64,000 bases of DNA from an uncultured Flavobacteriaceae bacterium (GTDB lineage: Bacteria; Bacteroidota; Bacteroidia; Flavobacteriales; Flavobacteriaceae): NCBI GenBank assembly GCA_943788165.1, contig CALSPF010000002.1:384909-448908 (forward strand). The letters are read 5' to 3'. The position numbers and the translations under genes were made by a program. Positions within the stretch are counted from its first letter, which is position 1. The number at the start of each line of letters is the position of its first letter. Under the pieces are notes generated by a model. The model searched no databases. It had not been told where the DNA came from and worked only from the letters and a program-made list of their open reading frames with translations. This document shows, piece by piece, positions 47,909 to 58,039 of this stretch.

Positions 47909-47916
47909 TATATTTG
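47909..47916 (+). promoter_or_regulatory. -7 box (TAtaTTTG) upstream of the suf operon
   Basis: Exact TAnnTTTG match 29 nt upstream of ATG 47946. Confidence 0.4.
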
Positions 47917-47945
47917 CACTAAATTTAAAAAAGGAAGTTTCACCC

Positions 47946-48275
47946 ATGATTAAAGTTTCAGCTTCAGCGAAAGTAAAAGTCGCTAGTTTAATGCAAGAAG
48001 AAGGCTTCAATCCAACTACAGATTTTGTCCGTGTTGGTGTTAAAAGCGGTGGTTGTTCAGGACTTTCTTATGACCTGGATTTTGACGCTGCTAAAAAAGA
48101 AGACGATCGTTTATTTGAAGACAATGATGTGCGCATTGTTGTGGACAAGAAAAGCTTGCTTTATTTGGTTGGAACTACATTAGAATATTCTGGAGGATTG
48201 AATGGTAAGGGATTTGTGTTTAACAACCCCAATGCTAATCGAACCTGCGGATGTGGAGAAAGTTTTTCGCTCTAA
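47946..48275 (+). CDS. Fe-S cluster insertion/A-type carrier protein (IscA/SufA/ErpA family)
   Basis: MIKVSASAKVKV..., GCSGLSY, C-terminal CGCGESF. Start moved to ATG 47946. Confidence 0.9.
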   Translation: MIKVSASAKVKVASLMQEEGFNPTTDFVRVGVKSGGCSGLSYDLDFDAAKKEDDRLFEDNDVRIVVDKKSLLYLVGTTLEYSGGLNGKGFVFNNPNANRTCGCGESFSL

Positions 48276-48284
48276 AAGGACGCT

Positions 48285-49730
48285 ATGGCATATACAGAAG
48301 AAGAATTAAAAAAAGAGCTCGAAACCAAAGAGTACGAATACGGATTTTACACCGACATCGAATCGGATACTTTTCCTATTGGTTTGAATGAAGACATCGT
48401 TCGGGCAATTTCAAAACGAAAAGAAGAGCCCGAATGGATGACCGATTGGCGTTTAAAAGCCTTTGCCTCTTGGAAGGAAATGAAAGAACCAGAGTGGGCA
48501 AATGTACGCTATGAGAAACCTGATTTTCAGGCTATTTCTTATTACTCAGCTCCTAAAAAGAAAGATAAATACGAAAGTCTTGATGAGGTAGACCCAGAGT
48601 TGTTGGATACATTTAATAAACTTGGCATCTCTTTGGACGAGCAAAAGAAACTCGCTGGAGTTGCCGTTGACATTGTTATAGATTCTGTTTCTGTCGCAAC
48701 AACTTTTCGTGATACATTGGCTGAGAAAGGAATTATTTTTTGCTCCATTTCAGAGGCCATCAAAGACTACCCGGATCTTGTTAGAAAATATTTAGGGACT
48801 GTTATTCCTCCCAAAGACAATTTTTATGCTGCCTTGAATGCAGCCGTTTTTTCGGATGGATCGTTTTGCTATATTCCAAAAGGCGTACGTTGCCCCATGG
48901 AATTATCAACCTACTTCCGAATCAATCAAGCGGGAACGGGTCAATTTGAGCGAACCCTTGTTATTGCTGACGAAGGGAGTTATGTTTCTTACCTAGAGGG
49001 CTGTACTGCACCATCACGTGATGAAAATCAGTTACACGCAGCCTGTGTAGAATTGATAGCCATGGACGATGCAGAAATCAAATATTCGACTGTTCAAAAC
49101 TGGTACCCTGGAAATAAAGAAGGAAAAGGGGGCGTGTACAACTTTGTGACGAAACGCGGAATTTGCCATACCAACGCAAAAATATCTTGGACGCAAGTCG
49201 AAACAGGATCAGCCGTTACATGGAAATACCCGTCATGTATTTTAAAAGGGGATAATTCAATTGGAGAGTTTTATTCCATTGCAGTAACTAATAATTACCA
49301 ACAAGCCGATACAGGAACCAAGATGGTTCACATTGGAAAAAACACACGTTCAACAATTATTTCAAAAGGTATTTCTGCAGGAAAATCACAGAATAGCTAC
49401 CGGGGCTTGGTACAGGTAAATCCAAAAGCCTCCAATGCGCGAAACTTTTCTCAATGCGATTCGTTGCTAATGGGGAACGAATGTGGCGCACATACTTTTC
49501 CTTATATCGAAGCCAGAAATAATTCAGCGCAAATAGAGCACGAAGCAACCACGAGTAAAATTGGTGAAGATCAAATTTTTTACTGCAACCAGCGTGGTAT
49601 CGATACAGAAAAAGCCATTGCACTTATTGTGAATGGATTCAGTAAAGAAGTCCTCAATAAACTCCCCATGGAGTTTGCTGTAGAGGCGCAAAAATTATTA
49701 GAAATCTCCCTCGAAGGATCTGTAGGGTAA
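48285..49730 (+). CDS. sufB: Fe-S cluster assembly protein SufB
   Basis: Canonical SufB sequence (…[10 protein letters not shown]…, …FVTKRGIC…, C-terminal EGSVG). Confidence 0.96.
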   Translation: MAYTEEELKKELETKEYEYGFYTDIESDTFPIGLNEDIVRAISKRKEEPEWMTDWRLKAFASWKEMKEPEWANVRYEKPDFQAISYYSAPKKKDKYESLDEVDPELLDTFNKLGISLDEQKKLAGVAVDIVIDSVSVATTFRDTLAEKGIIFCSISEAIKDYPDLVRKYLGTVIPPKDNFYAALNAAVFSDGSFCYIPKGVRCPMELSTYFRINQAGTGQFERTLVIADEGSYVSYLEGCTAPSRDENQLHAACVELIAMDDAEIKYSTVQNWYPGNKEGKGGVYNFVTKRGICHTNAKISWTQVETGSAVTWKYPSCILKGDNSIGEFYSIAVTNNYQQADTGTKMVHIGKNTRSTIISKGISAGKSQNSYRGLVQVNPKASNARNFSQCDSLLMGNECGAHTFPYIEARNNSAQIEHEATTSKIGEDQIFYCNQRGIDTEKAIALIVNGFSKEVLNKLPMEFAVEAQKLLEISLEGSVG

Positions 49731-49741
49731 TCAACAACAAT

Positions 49742-50491
49742 ATGCTTACAATTAAAGATTTACACGCAAGTGTAGAAGAAAAAGAAATCTTAAAAGGAAT
49801 CAATCTTCAGGTAAACCCAGGAGAGGTACACGCCATTATGGGTCCAAACGGATCTGGGAAAAGTACCCTTTCTACGGTAATTGCCGGTCATGAAGACTAT
49901 GAGGTCACCAAAGGATCCATTTCTTTTGATGGAGAAGATTTGGAAGAATTAGATGCTGAACATCGCGCTCACAAAGGAATCTTTTTGTCCTTTCAGTACC
50001 CTGTAGAAATTCCGGGTGTTACGGTAACAAACTTCATCAAGACAGCAATCAATGCCTTGCGCAAAGCAAAGGGATTAGAAGATATGCCTGCAAAAGACAT
50101 GCTGAAAAGTATTCGTGAGAAAGCGGCCATGCTAGAAATTGATTCTAAGTTTTTATCACGCTCACTCAATGAAGGTTTTTCTGGTGGAGAGAAGAAAAGA
50201 AATGAAATATTTCAATTAGCAATGCTAGAGCCTAAATTGGCCATCTTAGACGAAACCGATTCTGGATTAGATATCGATGCCTTAAAGATTGTTGCTGATG
50301 GTGTCAATAAATTAAAAAGTAAAGACAACGCTGTTGTTTTAATTACGCACTACCAGCGTTTGTTGGATTATATCGTTCCAGACTTTGTTCACGTCTTGTA
50401 CAACGGACGTATTGTTAAATCGGGGACCAAAGAATTAGCACACGAACTGGAAGCAAAAGGATACGATTGGATCAAACAAGAGCTTGCTTAA
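49742..50491 (+). CDS. sufC: Fe-S cluster assembly ATPase SufC
   Basis: Walker A GPNGSGKST, signature FSGGEKKR, Walker B ILDETDSGLD. Confidence 0.96.
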   Translation: MLTIKDLHASVEEKEILKGINLQVNPGEVHAIMGPNGSGKSTLSTVIAGHEDYEVTKGSISFDGEDLEELDAEHRAHKGIFLSFQYPVEIPGVTVTNFIKTAINALRKAKGLEDMPAKDMLKSIREKAAMLEIDSKFLSRSLNEGFSGGEKKRNEIFQLAMLEPKLAILDETDSGLDIDALKIVADGVNKLKSKDNAVVLITHYQRLLDYIVPDFVHVLYNGRIVKSGTKELAHELEAKGYDWIKQELA

Positions 50492-51809
50492 TATGGAATT
50501 AAAAGAAAAAATGCTTTCTTCTTTCATAGCCTTGGAACAAGAACTCGACTTGAGTTCTTCAGTGCATGACATTCGTTCAACTAGCTTGAAGACATTTGAA
50601 GCGCTTGGTTTTCCAACCAAAAAAGACGAGGCATGGAAATACACTTCCTTGGCAAAATTATTGAAAAACGATTACAGTATTTTTCCCAAAAAGGAAAGTA
50701 GTATTGAACTCAAAGACGTGAAGAAGTACTTCTTGTACGAGATTGATTCCTACAAAGTGGTATTTATTGACGGTATATACAGCCCGTTTTTATCAGACAC
50801 GACCCACGATGGAATTGATGTTTGCTTGCTTTCAGCAGCATTGTCAAAACCAAAGTATAAAGAGGTAATCGAAAAATATTTTCATAAGATTGCCGATAAA
50901 GAGGAGAGTTTAACTGCATTGAATACTTCTTTTGCTAAAGAAGGGGCCTATGTGTATGTACCCAAATCTGTCGTTGCTGAAAAGCCCATTCAAATCATTC
51001 ATTTTTCAACAGGCGAACAAGGTGACTTTTTATTGCAGCCACGCTCGCTAGTTGTTGTTGAAGAAAATGCGCAGGTGCAAATCATTGAACGCCACCAAAG
51101 TTTGGCTGCACATGAAGTTTTGACCAATTCTGTGACAGAAATATTTGCTGCAAAAAGCGCCCTTGTTGATTACTACAAAATACAAAACGATCGAGACGAT
51201 GCCTCCTTGATAGACAACACTTATGTTGCGCAAGATAGAGAGAGTAATGTAAACGTTCACACCTTTTCTTTTGGAGGAAAACTGACGCGAAACAATTTGA
51301 ACTTCACCCAAAATGGCGAGTATATTGATTCTACCATGAAGGGAATTACCATCATTGGTGAGCAACAGCATGTTGATCACTATACCTTGGTCAATCACGT
51401 TCAGCCCAATTGTGAAAGTCACCAAGACTACAAAGGAATCTATGCTGACAAATCGGTGGGTGTTTTCAACGGAAAAATTTACGTTGACAAGATTGCACAA
51501 AAAACCAATGCCTTTCAGCAAAACAACAACATCTTGTTGGATGATTTGGCAACCATTAATACCAAGCCTCAGTTAGAAATTTTTGCTGATGACGTAAAAT
51601 GCTCGCACGGATGTACCATTGGCCAACTAGATGAAGATGCCCTGTTTTATTTGCGTACCCGAGGAATTCTAAAACGAGAAGCCAAAGGTTTATTGACCTA
51701 TGCCTTTGCAAATAATGTTTTGGAAAGTGTAGCTATACCTGCGCTTAAAACAAGAATCAATAAATTGATTGCAACAAAATTAGGAGTGAACTTAGGCCAT
51801 GACTTATAA
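50484..51809 (+). CDS. sufD: Fe-S cluster assembly protein SufD
   Basis: SufB/SufD beta-helix family in operon position. The start could instead be ATG 50493. Confidence 0.9.
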   Translation: MLNMELKEKMLSSFIALEQELDLSSSVHDIRSTSLKTFEALGFPTKKDEAWKYTSLAKLLKNDYSIFPKKESSIELKDVKKYFLYEIDSYKVVFIDGIYSPFLSDTTHDGIDVCLLSAALSKPKYKEVIEKYFHKIADKEESLTALNTSFAKEGAYVYVPKSVVAEKPIQIIHFSTGEQGDFLLQPRSLVVVEENAQVQIIERHQSLAAHEVLTNSVTEIFAAKSALVDYYKIQNDRDDASLIDNTYVAQDRESNVNVHTFSFGGKLTRNNLNFTQNGEYIDSTMKGITIIGEQQHVDHYTLVNHVQPNCESHQDYKGIYADKSVGVFNGKIYVDKIAQKTNAFQQNNNILLDDLATINTKPQLEIFADDVKCSHGCTIGQLDEDALFYLRTRGILKREAKGLLTYAFANNVLESVAIPALKTRINKLIATKLGVNLGHDL

Positions 51810-53025
51810 GGGAATCGATAGTAAAAAAGTCCGCGCAGACTTTCCCATTTTATCAAGGGAAGTTAACGGACAGCCTTTGGTTTATTTTGACAATGCTGCC
51901 ACTTCTCAAACGCCTCAACAGGTTATAGATATTATTGTAGATTACTACAGTCGCTACAATGCTAATATTCACCGTGGAGTCCACCGTCTAAGTCAAGAAG
52001 CGACGGATGCTTATGAGATTGCACGCCAAACAATACAAACCCATTTTAATGCTGCAAAAGCCCATGAGATTATTCTCACTTCGGGCACGACGCATGCCAT
52101 TAATATCGTTGCTTCTGGCTATGCTGCCTTATTGAAAGAAGGTGATGAACTCGTGGTTTCTGCCATGGAGCATCATTCAAATATTGTTCCTTGGCAAATG
52201 CTGTGTGAAAAAACAGGAGCACAATTAAAGGTAATTCCGATGACACAATTGGGAACACTAGATATGGATGCCTATTATGCCTTGTTGAATAAAAACACAA
52301 AGTTGGTTTTTGTCAATCATGTTTCCAACGCGCTAGGGACGGTAAACCCCATTGAAGAAATCATTACGAAAGCACATGCTGTGGGTGCAAAAGTATTGGT
52401 AGATGGTGCTCAAGCAGCACCGCACATCAAAGCAGATGTTCAGGCATTGGATATCGATTTTTATGTGACTTCAGCCCATAAATTATGCGGCCCAACAGGT
52501 GTTGGAATGCTATATGGGAAACAAGATTTACTCAATGCATTGCCTCCCTACCAAGGAGGTGGAGAAATGATTGCTGAAGTGACTTTTGCGAAAACAACCT
52601 ATGCCGATTTGCCCCATAAATTTGAAGCTGGAACACCAAATATAGCAGGAGGAATTGCTTTTGGCGCTGCCCTAGACTATATGAACGAAATTGGCTTTGA
52701 GGCCATTGCTGCCTTTGAAAACGAGTTACTGGTCTATGCAACCAATGAATTAGAACAAGTTGAGGGGGTACAGATCTATGGGCAAGCTCCAGAGAAAACA
52801 GCTGTACTATCTTTTAACGTAAAAGGAATTCATCCTTACGACCTTGGGAGTATTTTAGATCAAATGGGAATTGCTGTGCGAACAGGTCACCATTGCGCAC
52901 AACCCATCATGGACTTTTATCAAATTCCAGGAACAGTTCGTGCTTCCTTTTCGTTTTATAATACCAAAGAAGAAATAGATCGCATGCTGGTTGCGCTAAA
53001 ACGAGCCATTAGCATGTTGCAATAA
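51799..53025 (+). CDS. sufS: Cysteine desulfurase SufS
   Basis: PLP-Lys SAHKLCGPTGVG and catalytic loop RTGHHCAQP. Confidence 0.95.
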   Translation: MTYKGIDSKKVRADFPILSREVNGQPLVYFDNAATSQTPQQVIDIIVDYYSRYNANIHRGVHRLSQEATDAYEIARQTIQTHFNAAKAHEIILTSGTTHAINIVASGYAALLKEGDELVVSAMEHHSNIVPWQMLCEKTGAQLKVIPMTQLGTLDMDAYYALLNKNTKLVFVNHVSNALGTVNPIEEIITKAHAVGAKVLVDGAQAAPHIKADVQALDIDFYVTSAHKLCGPTGVGMLYGKQDLLNALPPYQGGGEMIAEVTFAKTTYADLPHKFEAGTPNIAGGIAFGAALDYMNEIGFEAIAAFENELLVYATNELEQVEGVQIYGQAPEKTAVLSFNVKGIHPYDLGSILDQMGIAVRTGHHCAQPIMDFYQIPGTVRASFSFYNTKEEIDRMLVALKRAISMLQ

Positions 53026-53044
53026 ATTGTACCTTTAAAACGCT

Positions 53045-53467
53045 ATGACGATACAAGAAATACAAGACGAAATTGTTGAAGAATTCAACCTTTTTGAGGA
53101 TTGGATGCAGCGCTATGAGTACATGATTGAGTTGGGGAAATCCCTCCCACTCATTGCGCCTGAATTTAAGACCGATGACAATATCATTAAAGGCTGCCAA
53201 TCCAAGGTTTGGGTACACGCAGAACTAAAAGATAATCAATTGCTTTTTTCTGCCGATAGTGATGCCATCATTACCAAAGGAATAATCGCTATTCTAATCC
53301 GTGCTTTTTCCAACCAGCATCCCAAAGATATTTTGGATGCCGACACCAATTTCATTGATCAAATTGGCCTGAAAGAACACTTATCGCCTACCCGAGCGAA
53401 TGGATTGGTTTCCATGATTAAGCAAATCAAACTATACGCTATAGCGTTTCAAACTCAACTCAATTAA
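53045..53467 (+). CDS. sufE: Sulfur acceptor SufE
   Basis: IKGCQSKVW active-site Cys motif. Confidence 0.92.
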   Translation: MTIQEIQDEIVEEFNLFEDWMQRYEYMIELGKSLPLIAPEFKTDDNIIKGCQSKVWVHAELKDNQLLFSADSDAIITKGIIAILIRAFSNQHPKDILDADTNFIDQIGLKEHLSPTRANGLVSMIKQIKLYAIAFQTQLN

Positions 53468-53468
53468 G

Positions 53469-53795
53469 ATGTCAGACAATACTATTGATACCAATGCCCT
53501 TGGAGAGAAAATCGTAACGGTTTTAAAAACGATTTACGATCCAGAAATTCCAGTTGATATTTACGAACTAGGACTAATTTATGATGTCTTTGTCAATGAA
53601 GATCACGACGTAAAAGTATTGATGACTTTGACCACACCAAACTGCCCCGTTGCAGAAACACTTCCAGTAGAAGTAGAGGAGAAGGTGAAATCCATAAACG
53701 AGGTTAAAGATGCTGAGGTCGAAATCACTTTCGATCCGCCATGGACACAAGATTTGATGAGCGAAGAAGCGAAATTGGAATTAGGATTTCTCTAA
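53469..53795 (+). CDS. DUF59 (SufT/MIP18-like) Fe-S assembly protein
   Basis: DPEIPVDIYELGLIY and TTPNCPVAE motifs. Confidence 0.88.
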   Translation: MSDNTIDTNALGEKIVTVLKTIYDPEIPVDIYELGLIYDVFVNEDHDVKVLMTLTTPNCPVAETLPVEVEEKVKSINEVKDAEVEITFDPPWTQDLMSEEAKLELGFL

Positions 53796-53797
53796 AC

Positions 53798-54301
53798 ATG
53801 GCTGAAGAAATTGTCAATCGCGTTGCGAAAAGCCCATTAATAACCTTCGATTTAGAAGACTTATATCCAGCAGGTGAACGTCTACAGTTAGACATGAGTC
53901 AGTGGTTAGAACAGGGATTTATTTTACGCGAAAAAGAATTTCGGTTGACCCTTAAAGATTTTGATTTCACCCCATATAAAAATGCCTATGTTGCCCTTAA
54001 TTGCAGTACCGAAGCATTGTTGCCAGCATGGGCATCTCTTCTGGTAACTGCCCATATTCAGCCTTTTGCCAAGAAAGTAGTGCTGGGTTCTTTGTTCGAT
54101 CTGGAGCAGCATATTTTCGAGGAAATCATTGCCAAGCTCGATACCGTTCCTTTTGAGAATAAACCTGTAATCATCAAAGGTTGTTCCGAAAAAGATATTC
54201 CTGCCGCGGCCTTTGTCTCTTTGATTCAGAAGTTACAACCCCATGCAAAAAGCTTGTTTTATGGGGAGGCTTGCTCCTCTGTCCCGCTTTATAAAAAGTA
54301 A
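53798..54301 (+). CDS. DUF2480 family protein
   Basis: MAEEIVNRVAKSPLITFDLEDLYP...; this family is characteristically the last gene of Bacteroidetes suf operons (from memory). Start moved to ATG 53798. Confidence 0.75.
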   Translation: MAEEIVNRVAKSPLITFDLEDLYPAGERLQLDMSQWLEQGFILREKEFRLTLKDFDFTPYKNAYVALNCSTEALLPAWASLLVTAHIQPFAKKVVLGSLFDLEQHIFEEIIAKLDTVPFENKPVIIKGCSEKDIPAAAFVSLIQKLQPHAKSLFYGEACSSVPLYKK

Positions 54302-54325
54302 ATTATAATAGATGATTTATTCGCA

Positions 54326-54370
54326 TTCATTTGGTTAGATTTAGATAGTATCTAAATCTAACCAAATGAA
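54326..54370. repeat. 45-bp near-perfect palindrome downstream of the suf operon
   Basis: TTCATTTGGTTAGATTTAGATA-g-TATCTAAATCTAACCAAATGAA. 22-nt arms pair without mismatch around G 54348. Confidence 0.85.
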
Positions 54371-54781
54371 ATACGCATGTATAATTTGTATTACTCCTTA
54401 TTCTTGTTCCTAAAGACCTTAAATTCAAGAAGAGCCATTTACCTTTATGGGTACTTGGGATTTTATGGGTAAAGCTATTAATTTGCCGATTCTCCTCAAC
54501 AATTAACTACGGCTGGATAAGGCTGTAACTCCATGATCCAATTTGTCTTTACTGAAGAAGAATTTTCACTAAAATTATTTCAAAATCAATTTTGTGTTGC
54601 ATGGGCTGAAGATGTTTTGTCTTATTCTATTAATCAAGAAAACAAATTTGTAACATATTTACCCCTGCCAGAGGTTACCCAAGTAAACGGAAGGGAGTAC
54701 ACCACTGTATTCATTCGGTATGTACGAGGAAATTAAACTTTTCAGAAAAGGTGGTATCTTGGCACTATCAAAAACACACCT

Positions 54782-56065
54782 TTGACTGTAAATAAAAAAG
54801 TACTTATTTTAAGTTATTATTGGCCTCCTTCTGGGGGTTCAGGAGTACAGCGATGGATGTATTTTGCCAAGTATCTAAAGCAGTTAGGCTGGGAACCCAT
54901 TGTGATAACAGTAGACGAATACCAAGCAGCCTATCCTGTAATGGATCCGTCTTTATTGGAAGATGTGAAAGACATTAAGGTGATTAAAACTTCTACACGA
55001 GAGCCGCTACGTTTCTATTCTTTACTCATTTCTGGAAATTCTCAATCGGGTATTCCACAAGCAGAGGTCAAGCGAAAAAGCTTTATAGGGAAGGCAGCTG
55101 CCTATGTACGCGGGAATTATTTTATTCCCGATGCACGAAAAGGGTGGGTTCCCTATGCTGTAAAAGCGGCGCAAAAAGTCATTCGTGAGGAAAATATTTC
55201 ACGTTTAATAACTACTGGCCCACCACATTCAACGCATTTGGCAGGGCTACAGTTGAAAGCACAATTCAACGTGAACTGGTGGGTAGATTTTAGGGATCCT
55301 TGGGTAGATGTATTTTATAATACCTCTTTTTACAGAACAGCTAAGTCAGAACAAAAAGATGAAGCCTTTGAAAAAGAAGTACTTCATTCAGCAAATGGTA
55401 TAATCCTCACTGTAGGAGGTTACCTGCAAGAACAACTAAAGAAAAAAGCTATAGATCAACATTTTGTTGTTTTGCCCAACGGTTATGATACTGACCTAAT
55501 GAACACTATTCCACTCGCACAACCAAAAGATGTTTTTCATGTTGTGTATTCAGGCTTATTGACCCACAATCAAAGCTTTGTTGAGGTGCTTCAGGTTTTG
55601 GCAAGAGTGTCTACAACGGAATCTATTTTACTTTCTTTGGCTGGAAATATTTCGCACGAAATCATAGACGAAATCAAGCTATCTGTCCCTCAAGTTGAGG
55701 TGGTATACCATGGCTATCTTTCTCATAAAGATGCAGTAAGCCTGATGAAAAAAGCACATTTGTTGCTCAACTTTATTTTTAAAGGAGCACAAACCCAAAT
55801 GATTTCAGGTAAATTGTTGGAATATTTAGCGACAAACGTTCCTGTTTTATCTATTGGAAACCCTCGTTCAACTGCTGGAGAATTTCTCTCTCAAGGTAGC
55901 GCATCGGTCATGTTGGACGCAAAGAGTACGAAAGAAATTAGTGCTTTTATCGAGAAAACTGCTTTCCAAAAAGGCAACCTGTTCAACCATTTCCCACAAT
56001 TGGATCAATGGAGTAGAGAAGGCTTGACTAAACGTTTGATTAACGAAGTGTTATCCACTTCATAA
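54782..56065 (+). CDS. Glycosyltransferase (GT-B, family 4-like)
   Basis: KVLILSYYWPPSGGSGVQRW N-terminus and two-domain GT-B-like layout. TTG start. Confidence 0.6.
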   Translation: MTVNKKVLILSYYWPPSGGSGVQRWMYFAKYLKQLGWEPIVITVDEYQAAYPVMDPSLLEDVKDIKVIKTSTREPLRFYSLLISGNSQSGIPQAEVKRKSFIGKAAAYVRGNYFIPDARKGWVPYAVKAAQKVIREENISRLITTGPPHSTHLAGLQLKAQFNVNWWVDFRDPWVDVFYNTSFYRTAKSEQKDEAFEKEVLHSANGIILTVGGYLQEQLKKKAIDQHFVVLPNGYDTDLMNTIPLAQPKDVFHVVYSGLLTHNQSFVEVLQVLARVSTTESILLSLAGNISHEIIDEIKLSVPQVEVVYHGYLSHKDAVSLMKKAHLLLNFIFKGAQTQMISGKLLEYLATNVPVLSIGNPRSTAGEFLSQGSASVMLDAKSTKEISAFIEKTAFQKGNLFNHFPQLDQWSREGLTKRLINEVLSTS

Positions 56066-56076
56066 AGAAGCGAAGC

Positions 56077-56808
56077 TTATTCACTCGTCAAAATGGCGCG
56101 CAAGACAGTTTCTGACTGAGCTGCATTTAATCCTGATATCATGGTGGGGTGATATAATAAGCGAATTAAATCTCTATCAATGGTGCTATATTCGGTCGTA
56201 CTTGTCCACTCACTTTGAAAAATACTATCGTCGTATAGGCCAGAATCTTTTGCTAAACCCAACGATTGTGTGAACTCTTCACGTAATAAGTGCTTTTGTT
56301 CTAGTGTGTTTGCCTTGTTAATGTCAACATACATATATCCAGTAGTAAATTGGTCTTGAGCGTCCCAAAAAACCGAAAACAACCCCCAGTTAGTACTTAC
56401 TAGACCTGATTGAGAAGGGTATATCTCTGCGTATTTCTGTCCGCTGCCAAAGAAAATGTAGTAATTCGATTGTGAAGAATCTTCAACCCTGTTAATTATA
56501 AAATCTTCCGTGATAAGCTCATTTAATTCGTTTTGAATACGGTTAAATTCCGTTAATAATTCTGCTGACGTTTCTCCTCCGATGAATACATTTAAGTTGG
56601 TTGTCCATTTACGTGTTACTTCTGTTGAATTCCCAAATTCAAAGCCCAAAGCGATGTCTTTGAAATAACTCACTATACTTAATTCATAAGCATCTAAAAC
56701 TTCAACAACTGCATCTATTTCCATTTCTGGAATATCAGTGTCATCCTCTTTTGCACAAGCGACAAAAAGGATGAAAAGCGATGTGGAAAAGAGAGTGATT
56801 TTTTTCAT
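56077..56808 (-). CDS. Hypothetical lipoprotein
   Basis: Signal/lipobox LFILFVACAKE. No confidently recognisable domain. Confidence 0.6.
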   Translation of the reverse strand: MKKITLFSTSLFILFVACAKEDDTDIPEMEIDAVVEVLDAYELSIVSYFKDIALGFEFGNSTEVTRKWTTNLNVFIGGETSAELLTEFNRIQNELNELITEDFIINRVEDSSQSNYYIFFGSGQKYAEIYPSQSGLVSTNWGLFSVFWDAQDQFTTGYMYVDINKANTLEQKHLLREEFTQSLGLAKDSGLYDDSIFQSEWTSTTEYSTIDRDLIRLLYHPTMISGLNAAQSETVLRAILTSE

Positions 56809-56861
56809 ATGGTTTGATTTAAAGTGGTTAAAACTAAAATAGGCAGTTTTTTTAAAAACAC

Positions 56862-57446
56862 TTATTTTTTATAAAAATTCATCTCATCAAGATAGGCCCA
56901 ACTTTCGGGAGGAAGAAGGGGACGGATGTTTTTGCCTTCCTTTATCCATTTACGAATGGCCGAGGAGGACACCTGCATTTCGGGTGCCTCAACTATTGTA
57001 ATTTTTGGGTGGTTTTGAAAATGAGCAGGGATCGGGTTAGCCTCTTTTCGAGGATAAACATAGAGTGCGTAGCGTTCCAGAATTACTTCATGGTTTTTCC
57101 ATTTGTGAAAGTGAGCCAGGTTGTCCTCTCCCATGAGTAATGCAAATTTTTTATCTGGATATTTTTTCTCCAAATAGATAAGAGAGTCTGCGGTGAAGTT
57201 GGGTGTGGGTAATCCAAATTCAATATCAGAGGGGCGTAACTTAGGGTACTCTTGTGTAGCACGATAAACCAGTTCCAAACGATGGTGGTTGGACAGCATG
57301 CTTTGTTTTTGTTTGAAAGGGCTTTTGGGGGTGATGACAAGCCATACCTGATCAATGTCAGTGTGTTCAACAAAATGATTGGCCAAGATTAAATGCCCAT
57401 TGTGTATGGGATTATAGCTACCAAAAAACAAACCTATCTTTTGCAT
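56862..57446 (-). CDS. nadD: Nicotinate-nucleotide adenylyltransferase
   Basis: GSYNPIHNGHL ((H/T)xGH) and VSSSAIRKW motifs. Confidence 0.93.
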   Translation of the reverse strand: MQKIGLFFGSYNPIHNGHLILANHFVEHTDIDQVWLVITPKSPFKQKQSMLSNHHRLELVYRATQEYPKLRPSDIEFGLPTPNFTADSLIYLEKKYPDKKFALLMGEDNLAHFHKWKNHEVILERYALYVYPRKEANPIPAHFQNHPKITIVEAPEMQVSSSAIRKWIKEGKNIRPLLPPESWAYLDEMNFYKK

Positions 57447-57467
57447 GCTACAAAGGTAGGCAATTGC

Positions 57468-58037
57468 TTATGAACGCAAGAATTGTTTAACTAAACCAAC
57501 CACTTCTCTTTTGGCTCTAGTCAAGTCATCATTGACTAAAATAACATCAAAATCTTGGGAATAGGTCAATTCTGTTGCCGATTTATCCAAGCGTTGCTGA
57601 ATTTTATCTTCGGTTTCAGTTTTGCGTTCTCGCAAGCGTTTTTCGAGTTCTTCGAATGAAGGGGGTTGCACAAAAATGGCCAATGTTTCATCGGGGTATT
57701 CTGCTTTCACATTCAAACCGCCAATTACATCTATGTCAAAAAGAACATGTTTTCCGTCGGCCCAGAGTCGTTCTATTTCTGAGCGCAGGGTACCATAAAA
57801 ATTTCCTTCATAGACTTCTTCATATTCAATAAAGGCATCTTCTTTAATCTTTTGTCGAAAAGCTTCTTCAGATAAAAAATAGTAGTCTTTTCCATCGACC
57901 TCTTCTCCTCGTGGAGCACGAGAGGTGGCTGAAATAGAAAATCCAAGGGGCAGTCCTTGATTTAGTAAATGCTTTACAAGTGTTGTTTTACCACTGCCCG
58001 ACGGTGCCGAAAACACAAAAAGTTTACCCGTAGCCAT
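57468..58037 (-). CDS. gmk: Guanylate kinase
   Basis: P-loop SAPSGSGKTTL and SATSRAPRGEEVDGKDYYF. Confidence 0.95.
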   Translation of the reverse strand: MATGKLFVFSAPSGSGKTTLVKHLLNQGLPLGFSISATSRAPRGEEVDGKDYYFLSEEAFRQKIKEDAFIEYEEVYEGNFYGTLRSEIERLWADGKHVLFDIDVIGGLNVKAEYPDETLAIFVQPPSFEELEKRLRERKTETEDKIQQRLDKSATELTYSQDFDVILVNDDLTRAKREVVGLVKQFLRS

Positions 58038-58039
58038 AA

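Noticed and set aside
51048-51521. 157-aa minus-strand ORF inside sufD
   Set aside because: It is antisense to sufD within a tightly packed operon and has no independent support.
54533-54736. 67-aa ORF in the suf-downstream gap
   Set aside because: It has no recognisable motif, no -7 box at a suitable distance and no coupling to neighbours. Evidence is insufficient to call a gene.
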